A stretch of 63,942 bases of DNA, counting the filler, from Collodictyon triciliatum (Eukaryota): assembly GCA_043381765.1 (NCBI GenBank). It is 4 parts of 4 records of this genome, joined end to end, with 100 filler letters (N's around TTAATTAATTAA, not from the genome) between each part and the next. Parts side by side here need not be neighbours in the genome. Positions count along the whole stretch, not along the records: positions 20,648 to 37,807 come from JBHJMP010001231.1; 3 more parts are not named here. One strand, written 5' to 3'. How positions within the stretch are numbered: position 1 is the first letter of the stretch; the number at the start of each line of letters is the position of its first letter. The notes beneath the pieces were generated by a model. It saw only the letters and a list, made by a program, of their open reading frames with translations, was not told where the DNA came from and ran no database searches. Below are positions 22,392 to 36,900 of the stretch, one piece after another. Both the position numbers and the translations under genes were made by a program.

Positions 22392-25300
22392 ATGAGCATC
22401 GGGCGAGCGAATTTGAGCTTCGCAGAGGGACAGAGCCGCAGCCGCTTCTTTTCTGCCCCGGGCTCAGTCGTCTCATATAATCTGGAGCTATCATTTCCTC
22501 AGCTTGATTTTAATCAGGAGTCGAGTTCTGCCATGTCCCAGATTGCAGCAAAATGCCGAGTAACATTCCGGCTGAGTCTAGCAGATACATCGAAGGCAAC
22601 AGCTTCAGGAAATGCTCTCCCTAGGGAAGAACTAAAGATGGATTTCTCTGCTCTCTCCGTCGAACACGCCTTGCTGAACGGCCGCCCCTTTGATCTTCAT
22701 GCCGGATGGAAATCTGGTAAGCTTACACTGCCATCATCTGGTCTAACCTGGGACTTGTCCAGCGAAAATATTCTCTACATCGAGTATACTGTACGCTCCA
22801 CAAACTCCGGCACTAGTCTTCGTCGTATTGCCGATTCCACCACAAGAGAAATTATTTATTACACAGATTTCAAGGTTAGAGTGCATCCCTTGTACCTTTG
22901 TATGATGCAGTTTCTAATCAAATGAGATATTCGTCTTTCATTACTCTGTTTGATATATCCAAAGTTTTCATAGGTTCAAATCTAATTTTACATTTTTGAA
23001 TGGATCTCTTCTCTTCGTTCGCAGCCCTTCGATGCATACGGTCTCTTTCCTTGCTTTGATCAGCCTGATATCGACAGTATTTTCACCCTTTCAATCAAAG
23101 CACCTAACGACTGGATCGTTGTTGGGAATACTCCACTTCTTGGAAAAAATGCTCTAGAGAGAAATGCCGTATGGTCATTCCGACCCTCCCTGCCTATCGC
23201 CACGTTTGTTCATCAATACGTATATGATACAAATCATTACAATGTCCATGTATCTAACTTTTTATAGCTATCTCACCGATGAAACTGTTTCCTTTTAATT
23301 CTCCTGTTGATTTTATTACAACAGAGTACATGTGTCAATTGTGATTCAACTAATTATGCTTCGTTCGATAACAAAAGGATATGGAAAAAATGGGCGTTTC
23401 GTTCTTACATTTTTTTTTAATCGGCGTTATGAAATATTCATATTTAAATTATGAATCCATTTTCTCAGGTCATCCATAGGATTGGCATTAGGCACATTCC
23501 AGACCCTCCATGTAGAGGAGCAAGGAGCTAAGGTGAGGGTTTCTCTTTACCACAGAAAATGTTTGTCTGGTTCACCTACGCTGAATAAGATAGCTATCGC
23601 CGCATCTCAAGGTTACCAAAATTTCATTTTATGCCATGTTTGATTACTCAGCTCTCACTTTGTTGATATTTTCTTTTCATCAATATATACTTTGTCTCAT
23701 TTTGTATCTGCCAAAACATTTTACTTTAAGAATTAAACAATTTTTTTAAAAAATAATCAAACTATGCAAAGCTTTGAACTACTATGGCGAATACTTCCAT
23801 GTCGCATTCCCATTTGAAAAACTCGACATTGTACTCGTACCACATTCTTCACATCCATGTAATTTTTATAACTCAATAAGCGAACTATTCAAGATAGCAG
23901 TAGATTTAAGACATATTGTTGGGAATGGGTACCGATTACTTTTTTATTTATGAAAAAACTAGACAAGACCAATGATGGAGTGATAGTATTTAATGAGACT
24001 GTGTTCCAAGCAGACGATACCTTATCTCTTGATAAAAGAATACAGGAATATATCTATCGATGCATAGTTAGATTGTGGATTGGTGTGGGAGTTCGTTTCA
24101 ATTGGTGGTATGTTTTCTCCACCCAAAATCTATGTAAATAACTATTTTAAAAAAAGAAATGAAAGCTCATGCTCACGGAACAGAACTAAGATGATGTCAA
24201 TCCATATTATTCATCCTCAAAGGGACTTATGGCTCAACCAAGCTATTGTTACTGTTTTATCGTTCATCGGACTGGAGGAAACCCAAATCATTCCAAATAT
24301 TTGGCAGGTTGGTTTTCATTTTGTGTAGCAAGGGGTAAGTCAGATTGCGTAAATCTAAATCTTTTATATTTCTGTTACTGTTTTTTTTAATTTTATTTAT
24401 ATATATCAATTTTATGCAGCAATTCACATCAAAAGTAAAGCCCCGAGCCTTTTTGGATGAGCCACTGGCGTATTCCTCAAATTACCCAGGTACATGATAT
24501 GAACACCTATAAATATAAGTCGCCTATCATATGATTCAAGTACATTGACGGAGTGATCTTTTTGTAATAAAAATTGCTCATAAGTGAGAGCATGTTGGTA
24601 TTTATTTATTTTTAGGCATCAAATGACCGTCTTTCTATTGTATACTATACTAGATGCCAGCCAAGTAACTTTCAAGTATGACGTCCTCTCGGATGCGAAA
24701 GTTTACCTTTTCTATTTTTATTATATTGAACCGCTTACACTTTATACTAGATTGACATTTACCAAATGACCCTAGTAATGAATGTTTTGATATGATTCAA
24801 TCAGTTTCTATGACCTCAATAGCTAATACTAGCTAACTAATCATACATAATACAGGGAGCTGCGGTATTTTATCAACTCTACCATATAGTGTCAAAATCC
24901 ACCTTTAGGCAAATATTTTCAGAATTGTGCCAGAATTATATGCATAAATGTATATTTTCAGAGACCTTGGTCGAGAAATTTGAAGTAACTGTCAACACAA
25001 TTTCCCTCTTCATATATAAATTTTCTTTATTGTCTTCTTTGATTTATTCATTTGAGTTGTATAAAAAAAGCCGTCATTCAGAACGCTGACGTTTTTTTAA
25101 AATTTTTTTTAACAAGACGCATTTCGTATTCGATACCATCGACGGCGATAATGTTGACTTTAGGAGTTGGTGGGAATGCTGGGTATACACAGAAGGTTTA
25201 TATAAAGAGATATTTGATAACATAACTAACAAAGTTCACTTATTATGGTCACCGATATGATAAATGATTTTAATGTCCCGATGATTATATGCAAATGACG

Positions 25301-28300
25301 CACGGAATGAAATATGAACACAGGTGTCAACATGGTGTCTATCAGTATCGATGTGGACTCCAACCATCACATCAAATCCTTGGAGATTGTATGAATCCAT
25401 TTTAATTTTATTTTTCTTTAATTTTCTTTACCATCACACAAAATTCGCACAATCTTTGTTAATTTGTGCAATTGCCAATAAGTAGGCATATTATATTCGA
25501 TAATTCGTAGATTGTATTCATTATATATTCATTTCATTTTCTCTATCGCACTAGCAACAACAAGGAGACGTCGTGCGTCCACATTATCTTAAACTTGCAT
25601 TCTTTGAAGAGGAAAATGGGATGGGTAATTTTTTTGAACACAACACCATGGAGGGATTCCCCTTGTTAAGTTACTCGTGTTCTTCAAAATATATGATAAG
25701 TTATTTAAATTTTGAATTTTTTTTTTTAAAATTAACAGTCCATGAGAGAGACGTGATGCCGATCAAGTTTGCCAAGCTTTCAATAACAATCGACCATCTG
25801 CATGGAAAAATGATGCCTTCATTTATATTCCCCAATTATGAAGACACGGGTATAATCAACTCAAATGATTTATGTCATCAAAATAATGACATAGACCCTA
25901 TCGTACAACATATTTACTAAATATACTTGTGTCTTAATGCGGGTTCTTATAGTTTATAATTGAGTTTTGTATATGATAATTACTTTATGTTTATCAGGTA
26001 TGTTTTCTGTCATAATGGACCCGATATCCCTTGCATACACACTGAAAAACTGCGACAAGATAACCCACAGGCAGACAAAATATATGATCTTCTCTATTCT
26101 CCACGATTTGAGCGGGAATGTAAAGAACCTCAATTTTTCCTTTTGATTTATTTAAGATGCAGTATTTGACCTTGGGTCGCTACAATTAACGCTTTATCTT
26201 AAAGTCGGATTTTATGTATACTTTACTTGATTTAACTCTGAAATGGATTGTAGTCTGATCCAAGCAACCTCGATGATTACGAAGCTGAGAATCGTATGCA
26301 AGAAGTAACTACAAGATCCGGTTCCATAGGCCACAGACAAAAAGTGGAATATGGCTCAAACCCTAGTGATGTATCGCAAGCGAGCATTATCAGAGTTGCT
26401 GTTGAGTCTTATATTGAGCTCCCATCTCCTGCTCTCTCATCGCATGTGCCAACCTCATTAAGACAAGAAGATCAATCGCATATATCCAGTGAAGTGCAAG
26501 CACATGGTATGCAATAGGAGATGGATGGGTTTTTTTTTATTTTCGTCGCCCAATATACGGATATATGTACGTATGTTTATATAGATTTTACGTTAATGTA
26601 TAATGGCTAAACTTTACAAAAATTTCGTCCAAATTTGTAGGGGTTATAGTTGGTACGATGAGGGGAAGAAATCATGCGGATGCTGTGAATCATGAGCCTT
26701 GTGTTTCGAAAAGTTGCTCTGAAACTGATTCAGACTCAGACAGAGGCCGTAATTCGGGCAGCGAAGCGGATAACAGGCCAGCCAATAAACTAGTCCGAAC
26801 AGATGGTGCATACCAACCGAAATCATGGGGTGAGGATAGCACCGATAACCAAACAAGCGATAGTGGAACATACATAAGCTCTGATTTCGAGACAGACGAA
26901 CTTTCTGGAAATGAATTTGAAACCAAAAATCGTGATGAGGAAGGCACTCAAGACGAAGGCGCCGGTTCACATAATTCTACGATGTTTGAGGGTTCAGATG
27001 ACAGCTCTTCGAGCTTTGGAGCTGAATCTATGGATGATGTCGCACTCTATTCGAGTGAAGCCCATATGAGTGAAGGAAAACACGTCACAAGAAGCTTCGA
27101 TGATTTGGTTCCGACTCTGAACTTGGAACGACTGGATACATATATTAAACACGAACCCCAGCCAAACGTGAGCCAGAAACCCATCGTTATCCCTGAAAAT
27201 GGAGAAGGAAAAAGAAGAGGACTGGTTCGTTTAGCAAGTGCTGTCTATAGTAAGAATGAGGATGTGTATCATAAATCTGTTGAATACGGGGAAACATTTA
27301 TTCAGCCTCATAATCGCCAAAATGCAGACCCAAATACGACTACAGTTATCGCTGCAGAAAATACTCTGGAATCGGCGAAGCAATACAATCAACCAAAAGC
27401 TGCACATCAATCTCCACAAATATCTACTAAAAGCCTTGGTATGATGAACTCAACAGATTATCCCGAGATAGTAGAAAAAGGCCATTTGAAAGAGCACCTG
27501 AGCTGGGCAAAAATCAATGTTGACAGTATTTCGTATGTCAGAAACTTCGAGTTGTCGCATCCATTCAACATCTCGCTACTACCTGAATCAAGTTCAGTGT
27601 GGGTAGAGGGATTAAAAGAGCATCTTGCAATTTTACAAGATGGGGTACACCGAGGCATCATGCGCGTTGTAGATGAACAGACCAAGAAGTTGTCCGAATT
27701 GGATGAGAGTTGGATATATCGTGACGGATATACAACTCCTTTACATGTTGCTGCGACTATGAATTTTCTAGAGGTCGCTCAGCATCTTCAAAGTATGGGG
27801 GCCTCTTTGCTTCTAAGGGACCGTGGAAATCAAAAACATACGGAAAACAAGATATGTAACAGACTGCAACAGAGTGAATGTGTTTATCAAGAACCATATC
27901 AATTACCAATAAAAGGAAATAAACCGTTTCACAAAGACGCTATCGTGCCAATCGCAGATTATTCAGCGGTAGATTTACCATTTCTACACCCCACAAAAGG
28001 CACACTACATAGTATGAATGCATCTAGCATCCATGGACATAGAGGTAATCACCAGCAAACACATGACCAAACTTTGCAGGGGCAATGGACAGCAGCCCCT
28101 GCTCTCGAAAAATTGGGCGGGTTTACTCCAATACACATGGCGGCACATGAGGGGCATACCGTTTGGCTTACCCAGATATGCCAGTCCTTGACTCAGGCAG
28201 GAACTCATGACGTTATATTTGCAACAAGTTCTGCCGGATGGAGAGCTATTCATCTCGCAGCATTCATGGGTAGAACATCGACAGTCAGATATCTACTTGA

Positions 28301-30323
28301 GCTTGAGTCCCTGGCATATGAGATGCAACACAAGTTTCACCCAATTCATACGCAAACAAACTCAGGGCGTTCAAAAAAAGAGGCAGACTACAAACAAAAG
28401 CCTAGTCACCGAGATGCTCATTTCCTTGAAAATACACAAAACTCTAAAAGCGTCGATGCATATGTGGAGAAAGATATCGGGCCTCGTGGATGGACGCCTC
28501 TGCTCCTGGCGAGCATGGCTGGCCAACTGGAGACTGTGCAAGCCATTCTAGACTTTGGAGTGGATACACATGGATACGAATGGATAACAAAACAGACTCT
28601 GATTCAAGCGCATGGCAAGAATGCTTTGGAATGGGCTGCATTTCATGGATGGGTCGACATAGTGCAGACATTCATCGAATATAGATGGCCAATATCAAGC
28701 AGAGTGCGAGGAAAGACGTATACACATCCTCTACTTTGGGCTTGTCGTGGGGGTCGTCTGGAAGTTGTTAAATCACTGTTGAGGGCTGGTGCAGACCCGC
28801 TTTCACCTGCTCCAGATGATGGTGGACATATGCTTATACATGGCCTTATTTCAGCAGCGATAAATGCGTCGGTTTCTCAATTACGTGCCCAGTGGAGTCA
28901 ACCGTCCCAAGGAATGCTTCAACCCCTAAGCGTAAAATAAATAACTCTTGCAGATCTCGTTGTTTTTTCTTTTTCAATATACAAATGTTTTGTTTGTGAA
29001 CTCATCTCACTTGAATGGTTTTTAGGTCGTGGCTAATGAAGCAAATTCTCTATTGTCCTCCGTATGTCACGAGCTCCATCAACTAGCGTGCTCATCGCCT
29101 ATAAAATATGCAAAGTGTCTCGAGGCTCTGAATGCTACAGATAGATATGGATGGACTCCCCTTCATTGGGCAGCCCGTGGGGGTTATTCAACCCCTGAGG
29201 CAATTAAAGTTCTCCTCCGGCTTGGTGTGGAGACAGATCCAAAAGATGCAGTAGGATGGACCCCGCTTATGGTTTTATTGGCTAGCTTTCTGAATCCTGG
29301 CATGCTGCAACAAGGAAACCATGAAGATAGATACGAAAAAGAAGACGCATTCCTAGAAGAGTATTCTTCATTGTAATTTGATGCACGCATTCTTTTTTGT
29401 TAAGCTAACCACTGCTAATATGAATCTCATCACCCAATAGGGCTTCTTTCAAAACAAATGTAGATAGATTCGACGTGGTTGGTCAGAAGCAGCAACCCAA
29501 ATCTCGTTGGGAAATCAATGATGTTGTGCGGCAAGCTCTTGTGCCTGAAGTCATCGCGGTGATAGAGGAACTTCTTCGGGCCGGCGCCAATCCAAACAGC
29601 ACTTCTGGCTATGGCCTCAATCCATTGGACATTGTGAAACAATCTGCGATTGCCGGGTCACCAAGGAGTGTTTGGCAGCCCATTACAGCTGTTTTACTTC
29701 GATCTGGGGCAAACAGGCACCATACCCGGTCATTCATCGTGGGTGAAGAAAACCAAAGTAGAACAAGCACAATAAGGCAAACAAATTCGACTGCAGAACA
29801 TGGCACAGCTTTGTCCAAAGTTGTACAAGAACAGATATCGATGAATAATTCTTTATTGTCTCCGCATCGTGTGCTGCCAGAAACTCAGTACAGCAGTCAA
29901 AGTCGCTCGTATGCACCATCTGCAACCACAGAAAACTTGCCGTTCTTTTCAGGGAAGAAAGGAAAAGAGTTTCATAGCGCAAGTATTCCTTGGGTGTCTA
30001 GCTTTGCAACGTCTGCTTCTGTTGCACCCACGGTGCCCAAAGTAGACTTCGATTGGGGACATCGGCATGTAGGAACGCTGGCACAGGTATCCACAAATGA
30101 GGGATATGGGCTGAACAGGAGCTGGTCTTATTCATCCACAAACCCTCTGACAGGCCAAAGGTCTTTATCATCTGAATCAAATCCGCAACGAATTCGAGAT
30201 TTTTATTTGAACACTTCGGCAAATAAAAGTCCTAGCGAATCAAAAGTTTCATTCGGCCGGCCTCGCTCAGGAGATTTTCAATACGCTACCATCCGACAAC
30301 CAGCCTCAAAATTCGGTAAATAA
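22392..30323 (+). CDS. Inactive M1 aminopeptidase N (actinobacterial PepN-like) fused to ankyrin repeats; ~19 exons, roughly 1,850 aa
   Basis: PepN motifs ANLSFAEGQSR, YYTDFK|PFDAYGLFPCFDQPD, APNDWIVVGN, FPFEKLDIVLVP, WWDLWLNQ, AK|GAAV, WWECWVYTEGVN, VRPHYLKL, FPNYEDTGY. Ankyrin motifs GYTTPLHVAA, GFTPIHMAA, GWTPLLLAS, GWTPLHWAA. Splice phases are consistent throughout if an 11-nt exon (26205-26215) is included. Confidence 0.75.
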
Positions 30324-32380
30324 ACCTGGTTAAATGAAATAAGCTTATTATACATAAGAGTAGCAGCGAGTTTCTCTACCATTTTTCCTCATCTCCCTTC
30401 TTTAAGCTCGATTTCTGATTGAAAATGAGAAAAAGGGGATATGTTAGAAACGTGACAGGCGGTTGGCATCATGCCCTTGCATTCGTCGGCTTTGTTTATT
30501 TTTATTCTTGAGCTTTTGGGGCAAAGAAGCTTATTCAAATATGGATATATAAAGCAGAGGCGGGTGCATGCATCACATCATATAAGAAAATATAAATAGA
30601 GAGGATGCATAAATTATGGACTTTATAGGTGCGATAATCCTTGGAGAAGCATTCGGCCGTATTATATAACTGGACAGAGGTGCCACTGCGCTACCTACTT
30701 GATAGGCAAATGATTTATAGAAAAAGCAAGAATAGCAATATTGAAAGTTATACGAGTTCTTACAAAAAGGCAAGAGAAGAAAGAAAAAAATTGCGGCTAG
30801 CAATCATATCCAATCAACCGTTGTTGATATACGCTAGGTCAACGCGGTAACAATCAAAGCTCTGAGGCTTTGGCGTTTGTTACAGATAACATGTGGGTAG
30901 GTATCGGTCTCAGTCATATCTCCATGTTGGACTAACATAGCATAGGCATCTGAAATTGCCCTCTGTTTTTTCGTTTCAATCATTTTGCATCTAGGTTACT
31001 GATGAGATTATTATTTTTTTTTTTAAAAAAAAAAAGAGCATAAAAGGTGAAAGGATGATGATGCAACAATATTTTTCAATTGTGGAGACAAGGTAAACGC
31101 GTACCTTCTTCAAAATGTCATAAAGCTTCACAAACTGCTGGCTATGGAAGTATGCCAGCTGCCTTTGCATCACGGGAAGAGAGTATGTCTGTTGATTTGT
31201 GTCAGAATCTGTGCATGGGGAGTTTGGACACGATTTGCATATTTTGCTTTGCCCAATATCTTGGGTGTTCGAACGATGCTTTTTCTGATGCTGTTTGAAA
31301 AAGAATTCAATCTTCATGTTGGTGTTGAAATATATCGCCAGCTCTTTGGAAGTGATTGGCATGGTAGTATTCGCGGTGTCGCTTATAGTTGTTGATATTC
31401 AGCTTCAGGATTAGACATCAACGAATATGGGTTGGCACATTTTGAGATAGTACAATCATAATTACCAACACAGATAATTTTGATTACCATGATGCATAGC
31501 AATCATTTATCCGGAATGGGACAAGATATTCTAAATTGTGCTTCTGATTAATTCGGTCTAACCAAATATTTCATATAATTCTTTCTCTTTTTTTTTTTGT
31601 TTTGTTAATTTGGATGTGTAAAAAGAATATGATTACCACCTTTTTACTGACAACAAGATATGCATCTTAATTATTTCAAGAAATCTTGAGAGAAAACCTT
31701 CTAGAAGAATACCAATTCAGGATACACTACAAACATCCAGAGAGGATTTTATTTTTATCGCTCGCCTTTTACTTGAAAAAATTAATTGCACAAGAATTTG
31801 AATTATTTTTATATCTAATTTGATTTTATTATACCTTCATGTACCTCGATTTCAGACTGCCCGAAAGATATCGCATAGGAAGGATGACGGTGATGTGAAA
31901 GGCCTAGATAGCCGTTGTGAAGAAGGATGAAAATGAGATAATTAAATGTCATAAATGCATATGTATATTTTACTTTTAACCATATCTTATCTGGATTTCT
32001 GATGAACACTTTCTCTTTTTTGTTTTTCAATCAATCGACAGCTCGGTCAATCCATCTTTGGGCTCTGATTCTGATAAGGTGAAGAAATTAAATCTTTGAA
32101 TCGAATAAATGAAAAAAATGTGAAGAAATTAGATGAAGAGCTAACACATGGCGAAGTGATCTGGTTTATCAAGTTACATGCATTGGCTTTTTTGAAACTA
32201 TTCGATAAATTTCATGTGAAGTTTCGTACTAACTTTTTTATTTCCAGAAACAACTCTCTGTTCACCAGCCTCAAGCCAATGAAGACCTGGCCAGATAGGA
32301 ACAAGACTGCCTAATTCGAAGAGGAGTGATGCGAACTCTGAAAGTTCCCACAAAAAATGACGAAGACCGAGATTCCGTGT

Positions 32381-32494
32381 TTTCATCTCTTTCATCTCTT
32401 TCATCTCTTTCATCTCTTTCATCTCTTTCATCTCTTTCATCTCTTTCATCTCTTTCATCTCTTTCATCTCTTTCATCTCTTTCATCTCTTTCAT
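32381..32494. repeat. 9-bp tandem repeat (TTTCATCTC), ~12.5 copies
   Basis: Directly visible. Confidence 0.95.
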
Positions 32495-32579
32495 AAGCTC
32501 TAGGAACTTGTACAAACTATGGTTCACGAACCGAAGCCTCCATCTCTTGACAGCCACTTTCATCTATAAAAAACAATCG

Positions 32580-33910
32580 GAATACATAATTTCTGTCCGA
32601 GACCTGACATCTGATATTGCGGTATTGGCAAAGAGAGCAAGTCTGATTGTGAAGGAAATTTGACAAAAGAAAGAAAAGGATAAATCCCAAGAGAAGTTCT
32701 TTGGAGTTGTCTGGAAGTAATCTAGGAAACTTTTCGGTAGTAAATATAGTGTCATGATTGTAACACCAACTAATTCTTTTCATGCTTAGTTATGATTATT
32801 GTTGGAGAAAATGGGTCTGGTAAAGCAATGCAACTCACCCAGTACCTGCAGAAAGACGGGTATTCTATGTACAAAATGATTAGATGCACTCAATCACGCC
32901 GTTTTGCAACCGTTAGTGTGGCCAAACACATAAGCGAGAAAAAAAGTATAGCTCGATGATGAAGTCGGATATACATTTTGCTTCGAAAACTGCGCGTCCT
33001 CGAAAATAATTATACAATGGAATATCCCATTTCAATTTCGTTCATTTACCTTTTTTAATTCTCACATTTCTTAATTAACCAATTTACATGAATATTTGGG
33101 TTGCGCCTTATTTTTCTTTTATCCAACATATGACTGATGGTATTCTTCTGAGAGAATCTCTGACTGACCCTGACATTGAACAGCACAGCGCCATCGTGAT
33201 GGACGAAGCTCACAAACGTTTTCTGAATACAGATGTGCTTTTTGTTGTCTTAAGGAAGGGTCTGTTTTTTCTTTTATGAAAAATGTGCAGAGATTTCATT
33301 GTATCACAAAAATCAATACCACTTGGAGATTATAATGATGTCCAAGTAATTTACCAAAAGGACTAGAAAATATATGAATTTTCGAATTCTTATGTTTTTT
33401 TTAATGTGTCATTTTCTTTACCTTGCAATAAAATTAAGCTGACTTTCTGTCCTAGATGTTTTGCGTCTTCAGTATATGAAACTGATTGTTACATCAATCG
33501 CGATGGATGCAGATGATTATTCAAGATTCTATGTAAAGGTCCCTGTTTTTATCATAGAAGGTAAACTAACTATATTCCTAAAATAAAGGTAAAAATAACA
33601 TCATTTCTCTTATAAAAATTTTTTCCTCCCATACTCTCCTAAAAGAGCGGAACTTTTACCTGTGGAAATTATGTTCAGTAAAACACCGGTCGACGATTAC
33701 GTTGATATTGCCGTCAAACTAGTCGATATTCATATAAGGGTATGGGCAATATAAATGCAATTTTATCCGCATCTCCTTATCCCACACAAGAATCGACACA
33801 TCAATCGGTGACCTAGGTCATTGCAATTCATTTGCAACGTGGACCGTGAGATATCCTTATTTTAATAACTGGGTAGGAGGATATCGAAGTCACCTGTCAA
33901 GTGCTTGCTG
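32580..33910 (+). pseudogene. DHX38: Prp16/DHX38 DEAH-box splicing helicase pseudogene (partial, introns retained)
   Basis: [131 protein letters not shown]. Stops, frameshifts and damaged GKT/SAT motifs. Confidence 0.85.
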
Positions 33911-36900
33911 GTTAGACCTTATGGTTCACAAATTTAATTCATTTTCGAGCATTTTGTCTAAACTTCTCCTCCATGATTCTTCGTTCTATTTGCGTTTGAT
34001 TTGTATGATTTGTATGATTTATTGATTTATTGATTTATTGACTTAATCGCCAAGAGCACATTACTGAAAATATTATACCCTAACAGTTAAACAAGTTAAC
34101 AAATGGCTAAATAAACTAACGAATAAAAATATAAACTGCATGCTGGAGTTTTTACTCTAAATGGATGTTTCGACACGAAATGCTGCCACAAACGACACTT
34201 GAAATCCAGCGTACGAATCTGAGGACGTCGCTCTTCTGTTGAACTCTCTTGAAACATATTGTTTGTTTGTTATTCAGGGGCACCCAATATAGTATGAATC
34301 ATGGCCTGTGCCTGTGCCTTATAGGGTCAGAGCTAGGGTTGGGGCCAACGCGTGTTGTGGAAAGGCCGGATATGGCGTAGATGGGCCTTATGTGGTATCA
34401 GATGGGGCCAAAGGTATGGTACCTGAGCAAGGTAGGTAGTTTGGACAGATTCTCTTTTTTTTTTTGTGATGGTGGGTAAGCGGGAAAGAAGGGTACTGTG
34501 TGTATAGGTAGTTGGGGTGTTATTATAGGACAAACAGTCACTACCGAAAATGGAAGCATATGGTGTGGCGTGGGAGGGACACAAGGTACGCAAGACAGTA
34601 CATAGGCGGCAGAGAGGATGACAAGCGAAGAAGCGCAGCATATCGAAGGAGGTGAAGAAGCAAAGGTGGTGAAGCAAGAGACACGGGTGCATGGTGTGGA
34701 AGGCAGATGGGAACAATGGGATAAAGTGCAAATATATGGCAATTGGTGTGCTGATTGATGTGGATTAATGAGAATATGTGCTGATTGATTTGGATAGAGT
34801 AGAAATGATGAGAAACTCTCAGAATTATGCAAATAAATGTGAATTGATTTGAGTTGGTGGGAAATGGCACGCATTGATATGAGTAATGCTGTGCAAGAAA
34901 ACATACAGTATATGCATAAAAAATTAAAATCGCAGATAATAAATTAATAGTATGACATATCATCTATGATTGATACTGACTTTTTTAATTTTCATGTTAC
35001 TTTTGTTGCATCAATAATGTTTATTTATGTTCATAGCGTATAAGGTTGATTATGTTATTTGGAATTCGAGGGAAGTTAATTACAACGACGCTGGTATATT
35101 TTTAGTGAATAAGTTGGCCTCAAGATATTTCATGCCAATGGATTTGTAGAATCTCATATGTCAAAAGAAATACTAGACCCGTGTGATTTGTATTTATATT
35201 ATTTTAAAATAAAGTCTTCTGCACAAATTGTTATAGTTCGATGAAATCTGACCATGGATGATGTTGAAGTCTAGAATCTAGGTTATTGTAGCAATGTATG
35301 TGATGAGATTATTTTGATATATATTAGGCGCATAGGAGGGAATCCCTAATTCAGTTCCTGCTCCGACCTGACATGAAGCCCATTTCAACTTGTGTCACTA
35401 CTTTGTAGCGAAGGCACAACTGTATCATTGGACTGTAGAAGAAAAGGTAATGCATCAAATACAAAACCTCCGTCATTTTGGACAAATTGAAAGGAAGAAA
35501 AAAAATGAAAAAGAAATAGAAAGGCAATTTTGCTAAATCGAAATAAAGTACAAAATGGCTATGCACATGTTATTTATCAAGATATATCGAACTTGAGGAC
35601 GGTGTAGGTAGGTTAAATATGGGGATGCGCTAACGATAAATTGACAAAAAAAATAATTAATTATCGATGAGTTTTATGTTCAACTTTATGTAACCAGTTC
35701 ATTTTTTGTATGGCATAACCTCGCTGCACTTTTAATCGAATAAAGGAAAAATATATTACCAGTTCATCTATTATAATCATTATTATTATTGCTATGATTT
35801 GTGTGTATCAGCAACACCATCATTAATGCGTAAATATTTTGATTTTTTTAAATAAAAATAGTGTATGGGCTGCATTATCATTGTTAGCTCTTGAAGACCG
35901 CGATTACGGTTGTAGTGCGCAGTGGCTTATTTATATCTCAAAATCTTATTTTTTTATCATTTGTCAATGAATTATTAAGAAGAGTCGAATGGTTGAATAA
36001 ATCATGTGCCATTATTATTATTATTTGAGACGAAATGAATATAATATAAAAAGAATATATTTATGGTATGTGAAATATATTATTTGTATAATTCATGTTA
36101 AGCATTTGATTATGTTAAAAAAATCCAGTATGATGAAAGTGAATAACTAGTTTTTGTGCCGGAAATATGCTTTATACTGCACTATCTATTACATATTGGT
36201 CTTTGTGATTAATGGCTTACAGAAAAATGATTGGGCAATTTTACTAGAAAGAAACTGTTTTTGAATTTTATTTTTATTGGAACTTAGTTATCTTTGATAT
36301 ATTTGTTTACTTTTTAAAGCGTTGTGTTTGATTATTTGGTACATTTTTATTTATTTATTTTAAAGCATTAGAGTGATATACTTTTATTACCGATGGTGAC
36401 CATAACACGATTTAAAATAGTTACAAATATCCTTTAACATGCGTTAAACTTATGAGCAGGTTTTTTTGGCATGCTTAAAATACTTTCGAGAGTTTTTCTC
36501 CCTTCATATAGCATTAAGTTGATAGATTTGGGTTTATACGTATTTGCAGTGTGGAGAAATTTTGGTGAATTTTTTAATTGTAGTATTTGGCCCAAAATAT
36601 ATGTATGCTTGAGTGAGTATGGTTCCATAGTATTATGATGCCAAGGCAATATCTTATTGCTATTAAGAATGGGCATTTTATGTTAAGTTATGGAAAATAT
36701 ATAATTATTTTTTTTATGCCTATGTTAAAATGTTCAATGTTTTTTTACTTGAAGACATAATTTGGTATTTTTGTCTAATTTATCTTTCGATTAATTTGTG
36801 TTTCATCATGGTATTATATGTTTAATTATTGATGTATGATTAAAAGGTTAAAAATTACTTGGTTTGCTAGACATATTTTTGTTCTTGAGTCAATTTATTT

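Noticed and set aside
30560-31450. Coding-like fragments (e.g. LFEKEFNLHVGVEIYRQLFGSDWHG)
   Set aside because: Interrupted by stops and no family recognised; may be a decayed gene but cannot be supported.
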